Source: Phoronis australis
Taxonomy: Eukaryota > Animalia > Phoronida
Direction: 5' to 3'
Assembly: GCA_002633005.1 (NCBI GenBank)
Contig: NMRA01000370.1
Span: 62,001-126,000, forward strand
DNA: 64,000 bases
Both the position numbers and the translations under genes were made by a program. Below are positions 1 to 11,249 of the stretch, in pieces (positions within the stretch are counted from its first letter, which is position 1; the number at the start of each line of letters is the position of its first letter). The notes beneath the pieces were generated by a model, which had not been told where the DNA came from, ran no database searches, and was given only the letters and a program-made list of their open reading frames with translations.

Positions 1-1372
1 GTGGTGCAATATTTTTAGTTGCTCAATTTTTCAACAAAGAAAATCCGCTTGAGATGAGCAGCTAAAATGACATGGGATTTGTTTTAATCCTTCCAAATGC
101 TTGGCAAATCGTGATATTTCAAACCTTGTTTACCCGTCCTTACATGCAGATTTTCAAAAAAAAGCATCACAGGTCCTCGGCTGAAATTCATGCGGGCAGG
201 CATTTTTTATTTCTAGTCGGTGAGCGCAGGTCTCAAAATGAGTCGGGGTACAGTCATACCTCAATCAGCTATGCTATTTTTGGTCTGATCTTGAAATATT
301 GCGCTTGTTTTTGTAGAACCAAAATTTTCAACTCCCAACAGAAGTAAAATATTTAAATATTAAGTAAATTCTTATACCGGCGTGGAAATTTATATCGCAA
401 ACATTCTATTCTGTTCCGGTTGGGGCAGAAATCTTTTCAGACTGATATTCATTAGGTCACGTGATGTGCTCACAGGTGGTGTGTTGAGTAGACTTAAATG
501 TTCGCGATGAAGTAAAATATTGTTTACATGGTTGAACATCCCAAAATTTGCACCCATAGGTTCTGCACTGGGAATAAACGAAGTATGGAGATCTTGGAGT
601 TATTTCATAATTTTTGAAGTGGCCATCAACCTACTTTCAGTCCAAGAAGCAAGCTTTTCATTTAGACTACTTACCCCTATAAATTTTTTTTCCTATTTTT
701 ATTTTAAAATACCCCTATAAAACTGGTCTCAACTTGCATGAGAATTGATTTCTAGGTTTGCAAAGATCTAATGGTACGTTATTCCTTGAGGTCATGCTCG
801 GAGCATAAAATGACAGAGTTTGAAAAACCAAGTCATACTGGGATTTTCCATGGATAAGCCCATGGCCGTGTATTTGGAAAATGAAAATTTTAGGTGTTTT
901 AGCACTACCAAATAAACGCCCGGGCGTTTCTTCAGAAAAAAGACATACTTTTGCAGACACTGACATTTTGTACTTAAAGCTGTGCTTTTAAATTTTATGT
1001 TAAGAAATGCTTAGTTCGCCAACACCTTGTTCGTTTTTGTAAGTGATAAATGCTCCACAAAACTGATTTTGTGACAAAAAGTGGATGCTGAATTGGTATA
1101 AGAGGAAATTTTACAAATAAACGCCCCACTATCTGTACACTTACACCGGAAGTTGTAAGACCGAATACATTGTTACAAGTGTTGGAAACTTTTGCTAAAC
1201 ATTGCTTTATGACATCTATACAGTACAAATCACATTAATAATAGACTGACATTTTTTGTCAACACCGAAATTTGGCAGAATAGAATTTCATTTGTCGGCC
1301 GTATTGCATTCTGCATATGTGAATTACCATAACTGTGTTTTCATAGTTAGCGTTTCATAGTTTGTGCAAAGC

Positions 1373-1768
1373 AGGGCCTGGGGTTTACTCTTTTTAAGCA
1401 AAATCAAACTCAAAATTGTTTTTAGAATGTGATACTCTACTTTTGTGCGAACTCAAGATAAGTGTCTATTATTCTATGCTTGAGTATCTAATGGCTTACG
1501 TTGACAACCTGTTAATCCAAGTTTTCACTTGATCACACCGGCTATCAGTTCAAGTCTAAACTCGACATTTTAAAATTTTGCTCAAAATCCCAAAGTCTTT
1601 ACGTGATTTTGTAGCACGAATATATGGTGATCAAGTGCGGACTCATGCATGCATAAAACTGTACTTGAGCACAGGCTAATAGCCACATTTCTTGAACTTG
1701 CACAAAAGTAGAACAGAAAATGCCATGACTAATTTTGAGTTTGATTTTGAGTACAGGGATTTGGCCCT
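1373..1768. mobile_element. MITE-like element with GGGCC termini (PIF/Harbinger-like)
   Basis: agggcc...tactc...aaatcaaactcaaaatt at left, aattttgagtttgattttgagta...ggccct at right; related fragment near 27963. Confidence 0.5.
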
Positions 1769-2531
1769 GTGAACCCCCAGATCTCAAGTTGTGAAGGAAT
1801 CAATTTGCTGCCTGCAAATTACTCTTTTATTTCGCCCATTCAAGACTGGATTGCCATTTCCAAGAATTTTTATCTTAATTTGGGATTGTCTCAGCTTATG
1901 AAAGATTCACCAATTTACGCTAACTTATTGAGTAGGAAGCACATTTTGTGCATGTTTGCGTACAACGCCTGTAACACTAATACTAATATTACATACCCAG
2001 TGAAATCTTACCTCTTTAAGTCATGCTGCAGAACCCATAACTGACCTGCTTTCTCATTGTGGATGGGTTGTTTATTACCTGCTGATTGGCTCCCCATGGT
2101 AGCAGTCGATCTGGATGACATTTGGAAACAACTAATTTTCGAAATTTCCTGGGCTAATTGATGGTGTCTGTTCACTTATTACATAATTTTTCTGTTTTTT
2201 CCAGAAAATAATTATATTAGTTTATAGAAAAGCTGACAGGTTGGAAATTTTTGCTTAGTTGGTTATGTGTATAGGCACCCCTCTATAGAGGGCCCCATTT
2301 CGTAGAAGGATGACAAGGCCAGTCTTTGGAGGGTCCTGTTTCTTAGAAAAAAGCAGTATTTACTCTCAGTGGTTACTGAGTTAAAAATATCTTTTGTTGT
2401 TTGCAAGTTATTCAGGGGCTTTTTGCCTTACTTCTCCTCCAAAATTTCAATGTATTTGAACCTACAAGACTGACTGTGACATCAGTATATTATGGTGGTT
2501 TCAATTATCCCTGAGACAATGTGGGTTTTGA

Positions 2532-2736
2532 TAATGATCACTGGAGGTCAGATACATGTGCACATTGTACCAGACATGCCCAGGCCATGCACTGATCAGC
2601 TGGAACCATTTTTATGCTTTATTAATATATAGTTAAAACCTGACTCGAGAGTCTAGCAGTGTGGCCCAGTGGGACAACCCACGACCTCGAGTAAAGAAAG
2701 AAGCACCTAGATCAAACTAGGCCACACTGCCTCCTC
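2532..2736 (-). mobile_element. tRNA-derived SINE, family A copy
   Basis: Similar to 44878-45120 and 62845-63076; A-box tggcctagt. Confidence 0.7.
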
Positions 2737-3575
2737 TTTGTGAAAATATGTTAGAAGTTAAGATTCTTCAGGATACTTACTGGTGGTTTCTGTTCTATAA
2801 ATTCGCACACTCTGGCAAAGTGGTTTTTCATCAGTGTGGTTTCCTATTTATGTTCAAAATTTTGGAATTAATATTTATTTCAAAGGCCTATGCTGAGGGT
2901 GCTATGTATATGGGGGTAGGGCAATTGGGCAATTAATACAAAATTGCCCCATTCAGAATTTCAGAGGGGGCTATGTGTATTAAGAGCTCTTGTGTGATAT
3001 TTCACCAATTTATAATGGCGGGCAACTGAAATTTTATGTCCTCGTTTTTTTCTCAATACGTATGATCGATTGCAAGAAAATAATGCTTTGTCATTCTCAA
3101 ATTCTGTTCCATAGTTACTACCAACACACGATAGTTTGAAGAATTGCAATGTTAGTTGGCCTTTAAAAATGAAAAATGGTCAATTTGGCAATTATTTTTT
3201 TGCTGAAATTAGGGGTGTTTTCACTCAGCATGCAAGACACTCCTCAATTTTCTTTTCAAGCAAAGAATATAAAACACTGTTTGGATGCACCAGGGGACAT
3301 TTTCGCCAACTTTTTAGTTTAGGTATCTCCATTATTTATTTTTGGCTCTTGCTAACTAAGACTGGTGATCTTAGTTCTCGATTTGCGTCCTGGGAAGTTT
3401 GCCAGGTCACCTTTGGTGAGTTGACTTATTAAGACAAGTGTCGAACCCCAAGACCTGAACATTTTGGCACAAGACGAGTCACTCATGTTAGTGTATTCTC
3501 TCAGTCTTGTTTATTCTTGATTTCATAATTTTGGCCATTTAACCGGTGTCATTATAAGTTCTTTGTTGGTTTCAG

Positions 3576-5104
3576 ATCCTGTACCTAGTGATTTGGCCAA
3601 GAACGAGAGCTATCTGAACTTGAACGAACTGGTCACCACGGAACAAATTGACACCTCCTTGACCATGGGCAAGACATCCATTTTGGACAGATTTACTGCA
3701 GGAAATAAGGAAGGTGACACATCTAAAACCTGCCCCTCTTCATTTGACAGTTGTTCATTGGGCGAGGCAAGGAATGAAGCTGTGAATGGATATTTACAGA
3801 GTGCAGTGCCACCTGATGGTCTCATAGGTCCTGAGTTAGGTGTCGACAAGTCAGTATTTTTTGAAAATTGTCTCGACAGCTATTTGGGATCGGAAACGAG
3901 TTCACAGGAGATGCCCTCTGGTTGCAAAAATTTAAACCCAGCTACCGGTATTTCTGCTGCATACAGTTGTACAGCTCCAGCTGAAGCAGATGACAAATTA
4001 CGCAGACTGAGTGTGGACAATATTGAAGAGCTGGACAGGAGTAGCATTCGAGGTGGTTGTGAAAATTCCAGTGTTGATGGTGAACGTGACCTCAGAAAGC
4101 CAGGGGTAATCTCAGCTGAGGAAGCTACTAGTTGTACTAACAATCAAGACAGCATTTTCAGTTTTGTTGGAAACGGCAAGGAACGGGTTCGGATCCCAAA
4201 ACTGACATTTTCAAAGACCAAAGTGAAGAACATTGAGACGTCTTATGACGGTATTATGCAAGATTATTTAACGATTTGCCGCAGTGGTGAATCACATAGT
4301 GCTATTGATAAGGCAGGTGGTGGTGTGAGTTATGGTGATCAATCTGCCGATGGTGATACAAAAGTTGCTGGCATGGACAGAGGTCAGTTGAAATGTTACG
4401 AAGTTGGACTCATTGAACAAGTGTCTGGCCTCTTGGAAAGTGTGTACATTGATTATTTGACGGTCTCCAGATTCTGTCACATGACGGGTCAATCTTCGGT
4501 TGCATGTCGACCCTTCCATTTTCTACATCAGCGAGAGTCGTTGAGAGAATGTGATGTAGGACAACCAAAACCATTGTTTGAGAAGTCAACACAAACTGAA
4601 GCCGTTGGAGATTTGGGTTTACAGACAATGGATTCTTGTGGAAAATCAGCAAACTTTGATTTGTCAAGTGGGAGACACTATGATTCAGGGTTGCTCATGA
4701 CAACGGAATTGTCAAATCCAGGTAATGATTCCTCCAGTGAAGATTTGGAGAGCGATAGCTGCTCAGATTTGACAGAATGTTCTGATAAGGATAGTGATGA
4801 GTGGAGTGAAACTGAACTTTCAGGTTTAGCTGGAACTCATGCTGGTTATTGTCCGGAATGTGACCCTCAGGATTGCCAGACTTATGAAAATAACCCAGAC
4901 GACAGTTACTGTTTGCCGTCTCAGTCATGCTGCTGTCATGGTAACGGTTGCGTAAACAACGACATGGGTCATGGGAATCAACCGTATGAGGACCATGGTG
5001 TGTGGGGTATCTACCCATGCTCGAGCACGATGTACAGTGCATTGTGTCAAAGTTATTATACTCAAGCTATGTCCTGGCAAGGTTGGAAGTCGCACAAGTC
5101 ATAA
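3576..5104 (+). CDS. Large terminal coding exon (~509 codons) of an unidentified gene; low-complexity Ser/Asp/Gly-rich protein with Cys-rich C-terminal tail; upstream exons not found in window
   Basis: 513-codon open frame in AT-rich DNA; acceptor ttgttggtttcag ends at 3575 (phase 1); TAA at 5102-5104; AATAAA at 5331. No domain recognised. Confidence 0.75.
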
Positions 5105-5330
5105 GTTAAAGGACCGTTTTTGATGGTACATTTTGTAAAAATACATAAGATCCTTGCTCATCTTGGAAAAAAATATTCCTTGCGTGAATTTTACACAATA
5201 GTGATGTAAACGATCCGGGAAGAGGCCCACATCTTGGTTCTGGTGTCACTGTCAATGGGCAAACTCAGTGGCTGACTCGCTATCGAATAGTGTCCTGTGT
5301 CACTTACTCCTGTCTGCTAATGCACATAAA

Positions 5331-5336
5331 AATAAA
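5331..5336 (+). terminator. Candidate polyadenylation signal of the upstream unknown gene
   Basis: AATAAA ~230 nt after the stop, followed by GT/T-rich sequence. Confidence 0.45.
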
Positions 5337-5966
5337 TTTAGTAATTAGTGCCATGATTTGTCTGCTGTTATGGAGAGTCCTGGAGGTTGTAGAAATGAAT
5401 ACGGTAGCACTTGATAAGTCAGTTGTGCTCTTGTCAAGTTTTCACTTATCTTTGTCAAAGTTAGTGGTACTTGGTATAGTTTATGCGCTCCACCCTTCGT
5501 GGAAACCACAATAGCAGAGAAGGTCGGGTGAAAATATTTGGTTGGTAATGAAATCTTGTTTTAAGTTAGTCTGTGAGAACAAAAATTTTGTTTTAAATGA
5601 TTTATTTTCCAGGTAAAGTTCTATATTCTATGGAATAACAGATAAAATTAATTATAGCTACTATGAATTGGCTTTCTGTCAAAATGCTGCTCACCCTTGC
5701 CATAGTAAAATTGGTCTCAGATTTAATATTTCCAAAACTCGAAAGTCACCACTAATCTTAGTTGACACCAGGGGCTTTTTGACAGAGGGTTGGTTCATTG
5801 CAGCTTTAAATGCATAGGTTTGAAAAAAAATTGCTCCATCTCTGGTGATTTCCAAAATATGTAGTTGTGTAGTTTCAAGCTGTAGAAAACTTTGTGAAAT
5901 GCATTTTACGAGACAGGAGCATAAATTGAACACAATAAATCTTAAACACAAATAAAAACAATAGCA

Positions 5967-5972
5967 TTTATT
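5967..5972 (-). terminator. Candidate distal polyadenylation signal of TMEM115
   Basis: Minus strand reads AATAAA then tgctattgtttttatttgtgttt (GU/U-rich downstream element). Confidence 0.45.
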
Positions 5973-7752
5973 GTGATAAACAAGTCAAATACATTCACCA
6001 GCAACATAATACCATAACGTAAACAAAATTGCATTTCCCTTAACTCTTTATAATTACACGTAATGCTGCTTGTACATCCACCAAAGCACACAATTTATCA
6101 AGAGATAAACATTTCAGATTTTTTCATTAAGCATTATCTGCACGATAATCCACAAATGCTGAACACTTCCTCCCCAAAAAAAAAGGATTAAAAAACAACT
6201 GTAAGACATAGCGCTCCAATATTTGGTTTACAACAGGGTTGCATACCATAGACCCAGTTTCTTGCAAAAAAAGCAAGATCACGCGAGTTTAGGCGTTTTA
6301 CGTCGACCTCAAAGAAGAGGACACCCAATGATGATGATTTACGAGGATGCGTGACACTTTACCACCATAATTTATCAAAATGGCAGCCACTAAATAAAAG
6401 TGATTGGTCGGTGAGGTTGGAATGTTGAATTATGGGATAGAATTCATGAATTCTGGGAGATAATTCATCGTTTCCGAGCCGTAGCTGATAATTTTCACCT
6501 TGCAAGCTAAAGTATGGGGTTTACATAATGCAGCCTAGCCATTTGGCACTTAATGCTCCTGTTTTGTAACAAAGCTCGATCAGATAACCTATGAGCATAA
6601 TGATGTGAGCCCAGGGTCTAGTTCCCATTTCCACTTGCACGGTACGCCTGGAGTCAACTCATTAATTTGCTTTGTAATCGTGGAAATTTGAGTTGGGTCT
6701 AGACTTAGGAGATTGCGGTAATTTTCACTTATTTAACACACAATATGGCCCACAAGAAAAATCTTATTTTATCAATTTCACCACAAGGTTAAAAATTAAC
6801 AACATTTTAGTCTTCCACACAACCAGGGTTTACAGTTAGTAGATATAAAACACCATCAGGCAAAAATTCCATTATTTTCAGCAACGTATTAATCAGCTTT
6901 TCACAAATGGAAAAGCGGACATTTTGGCAATTTTTTTATGAAATAAGTGGAGATGTACCGTCAAACCTTAATATTTCATGCACACACGCTTTAAAAACTT
7001 CATTTTTATCCCACCCTGTAACTTCACAGGCAAAGAGTACCAGGTAACATCGGCGATCCTATAATCTCAACATCTTGTGCACAGTACAACAGCTTTACTT
7101 GTTTAGCATAGCTGTACGCTAAATATCGCTTACATTAATTTACATGGTTGAAAATCATAGTAATTTAAGTTTTGAAAAAAATTTCCCAGCCCAGAATTGT
7201 ACTTGCATACTAATCTCCTTGGGGCCCCATTTTTTCAAAAGGCATGCACCCGGTAACACCAGTCAGTTGTGGGCACATTATCGCAAACGTGACACTGCAT
7301 TTTCTACTGGGGAAATATGCCAATAGTCAGATAGAACGAGTCCACATTCTGTGAACCAGTTTGATGCCCACTCTTCAGTGGAGAAAACTGGTTATCAAAA
7401 TGCAGGCACCTTACATCCAACTGTTACCAGAAATGTTGTAATTGTCACCATGGTATAAACTTTCCATATTTATACTTAACAGCAATTTCTGTGTGCCATG
7501 TTCACAAACTGGATAAACGAAGTTATAGGAAAATTTACCAACTAGTGATAACTGCTCTTACTCACACGTGGCACTGAAAATTGTAAACTGACTGCTACGT
7601 TTGAATGTTATCAGATTGGTTTTTCACGTGACACAATCCCCGCAACACATAATCTTAGACAACGTCATTAATTTTAAAGCAATCCAGACTGTTTCTAAAG
7701 CACCATGCCTCCATCTGAAGACGTTGACAATATAACACCCAATTTTTAACTA

Positions 7753-8568
7753 ATCACAATATTTTCAAAACACCAAACTTTCTCAAAACCAAAATGATCA
7801 TGACCCTCTACAGTGACCAAAAAACACGGAAAAGGCACGCCACAGCAAAAGGTGCCACTGACACTTATTGTGTATCACGTGACCTACGATCAGTTCACAT
7901 GTCCGCATTCAATCAGTTGCAGTGAAGGCACCGACCTTGTCAGTAGAGTCACTACTACAGCCAAATTTACCAACCCCAAATTGTCAAAATTGGACCACTG
8001 CAGCTATGCTTCAAAACAGAATTCAGTAGAGCCCTCAATTTATTTATACAATAATACAGACATACAGTCCAACTCCCATAAGTCACACATGCACAAAGGT
8101 TGGATATTTACTCAACTCGTATAAAGATAAAGTGCCGTAGTGCCATGGCTCAAGATTTTNATCACAATATTTTCAAAACACCAAACTTTCTCAAAACCAA
8201 AATGATCATGACCCTCTACAGTGACCAAAAAACACGGAAGAAGGCACGCCACAGCAAAAGGTGCCACTGACACTGATTGTGTATCACGTGACCTACGATC
8301 AGTTCACATGTCCGCATTCAATCAGTTGCAGTGAAGGCACCGACCTTGTCAGTAGAGTCACTACTACAGCCAAATTTACCAACCCCAAATTGTCAAAATT
8401 GGACCACTGCAGCTATGCTTCAAAACAGAATTCAGTAGAGCCCTCAATTTATTTATACAATAATACAGACATACAGTCCAACTCCCATAAGTCACACATG
8501 CACAAAGGTTGGATATTTACTCAACTCGTATAAAGATAAAGTGCCGTAGTGCCATGGCTCAAGATTTT
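7753..8568 (+). repeat. ~407-bp direct duplication separated by a single N (probable assembly artefact)
   Basis: 7753-8159 vs 8161-8568 differ by one indel and one substitution seen; N at 8160. Confidence 0.9.
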
Positions 8569-10491
8569 GCACTCGGTCCTCGAGAAAAGTCGAATTTTGT
8601 CAAGCATAAAGATCTCTCGGTCAGGTTGGACGTAGACACGTAACCTTCCCGTTCTATTTACAGTTTGGGCCTGGCTTACTTGTTTCGCATAACATAAACA
8701 AAAAGGTTCAAAACAAACAGATGAACATATTCATCTCCCATTTCATGGCAGATGACAGCTAAATACTCGGGGGGACACCAGTTCAGCCCAAGCATGGCAT
8801 TGTTACTGGAGCTCCAACTGCTTTGATTTCTGGTCTCTCCTCTCACAATGTTTTTCAAAGTGTACCTGTACAGTCTGTTCTCTACCTGTGTCACCTGATT
8901 GGAATATTGTGAACTTTTGTCTTTGGTCTTGAGAATGGTTTAGAGACAATAAAGCGAAAAATCGATCAATAAGTCGTGATTTTAAACTTCGTATTCATAA
9001 TTTGGCCAAGAACAAATGTGATGGCATTAACAATGCATTGCAATTTCCCCGGATTTCAAATACTTTGCAGGTGGAAGAGGTCAAATTTCTACGTGCAATG
9101 ACAATGCGAGCTTTTACAAACCAGAGATGACTGATTCGATAAGAACTGTGAAATTTTATCAACCGCAGTTCTTCACTTATTTAGCACACAATATGACCAA
9201 GTGAAATTCGACTTGATCAAATTGCTCCCCAACAGGTGTCCCTGAACCCCTATGGATTACCAGACATCCAGTTTGCCCACAGTTTAAAACTAATGACTCT
9301 AACAAATTCAACAATAAAACCTTTGAGCCCTGTTCCTCACACTCACCAATGCTAACCTCTTCCTGCAAAATCAAAGTTCTCCTAATGTTGATCACAGACC
9401 AGTGTACCATATGTAAAATATACATATCTGTACATAAATTCGAGTTCTAGTACCCAAGTATGTATCATTACAAAAATACGAGGAAAGAACACACTGGATC
9501 ACCCAACTGTTAGTAACTAACGCATAACTAACGCATGATGAGTCCATAGTTGAAACGGAAGAAGAGGACTTGAGGTTTTTTATTAAACATTCAAGAATTT
9601 TGTTATTGCTTGTAAATTTGAATTGAAAATCACTTAAGTCGCAGCTATGGACCACAGTATAAGCTGTCTTTCACTTTTTAAAATTATCGAGACATGAGAC
9701 CACTTCTATCAATATTCACTGACATCCAACCTGAAGTGATAGAAATGACTTCTGTGGTCAATGAATTGTTTAGTTACACTTTGTTCGACTTAGATATCTC
9801 CAGCAAACAACGTAGCATTACAATCAAAATGCCGAAATTTGGGATAGGACTTGTGTTGTTTGAAGAAAACACAAACTTCTTGAGATGGGAAGTAACTTTT
9901 GATGCATTATTTTCACAAACAGCCAGTTGGGCAGAAGAGATTGACTACTGTAAATGATAAGTTGCGAAAAGCAACTTTTCTACATCCGCTCGTGACTTCC
10001 AAACTGATGGCTCACTGTTCTTGTTAAGTGAAATGCACGTCAAACTCCCAAATGCTTGCCAGATTTTAGAAGATGAAGATCATGGTTGGTATACGGCTTA
10101 GTGTCAGTTGTGGAAGTGAACGTACGTTCAATCTACATCTTTGTATGGAAAACACATCGATAAGTCTGCTGTCTTGTCACCAACGGTCGTAGTCGGACAT
10201 TTTCCAACTCGTGTCAGTTTGTAACGCATACTGAGTATTCTCAAAATATATTGTACTTCTGAATCAATGAAATGAAATTCCTTATTTCAAAGTTGTAAGA
10301 AACTAGACAAGTACACACGTCAAATGTACTTTCTTAAAAAGGCTGCTTTTAAATGTCCCATCCCTCCTCTAAAATGTACCAATTCTTTGAAAACTGGAAA
10401 ATCTGGTGAACAGAATACTCCAAAACAATTTTCATGGTACACAGGTCCATGAGCATAATATTCATTCGAATCAATAGGAAAACAAAAACAT

Positions 10492-10583
10492 CAAGGGTTG
10501 CTACAGCACAGGTTCAAGGGTTGCTACAGCACAGGTACAAGGGTTGCTACAGCACAGGTACAAGGGTTGCTACAGCACAGGTA
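10492..10583 (+). repeat. Minisatellite, 4 x 23 bp (caagggttgctacagcacaggta)
   Basis: Direct inspection. Confidence 0.95.
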
Positions 10584-11002
10584 CCTTGTATGAGGACTGG
10601 CCCTCATTACAAGTTCATTGCCCAGCTGGACAGCATTCTATCTTACATAATTAACATAAATTATGTAGCCAACTAAATGAGAAATGAAAATGATAGAGTT
10701 TGAGAAATCCATTATTTCGCATTTAACTAAATGCAACATCCTGGGTTGAAACAAACCTTCAATTCATGTGGCCTTATAATACTTCTAGTCATGAACAAAA
10801 CTTTGTCAGATCAACATATTTCTGCAGACCAGCATCCTCTAGAGTGGATTTTTGGTACCTCGCAACTTTCTCCAGAGAGAGAGCATCATCAAACAATCTA
10901 ACACCTGAACTTTCGTGAGCAGATTTTCCATCAATCAGACCTACACTCAGTCTATTTAATAGCCAACCCATTCAACACCATTCCTTTGATTTAACAGAAA
11001 AT

Positions 11003-11249
11003 CTAACCATTACTACCATTCTCGCCTTGCGATGTGTTCTTGAAATCTGGCACGGGAAGTTTTGTAGCGGCAGCGGGAGAAGGGGTTTCCTCCTTAATTT
11101 TACTGAAGACTGGCACCGGCTGTGGTACGTCGGCCGATGTCGGCGTAGCGACGGGTGTAGCGGGGGAAGACGGTGGATCGTCTAAGGCCGGCCAGCTGGC
11201 TGGCTCTGTCTTGGTCAGCCGCTCGTTAAGAGCTTTCAGCGCCAGTTGC
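11003..11249 (-). CDS. TMEM115: TMEM115 coding exon 3 (terminal)
   Basis: atcccag| QLALKALNERL...SNG*. Confidence 0.9.

Noticed and set aside
3610-5042. Minus-strand ORFs overlapping the 513-aa ORF (likewise 53269-54145)
   Set aside because: Antisense shadows of real coding exons
7813-8533. Duplicated small genes (ORFs 7813-8124 and 8261-8533)
   Set aside because: Arise from the N-separated duplication; no coding features; lie antisense in presumed UTR
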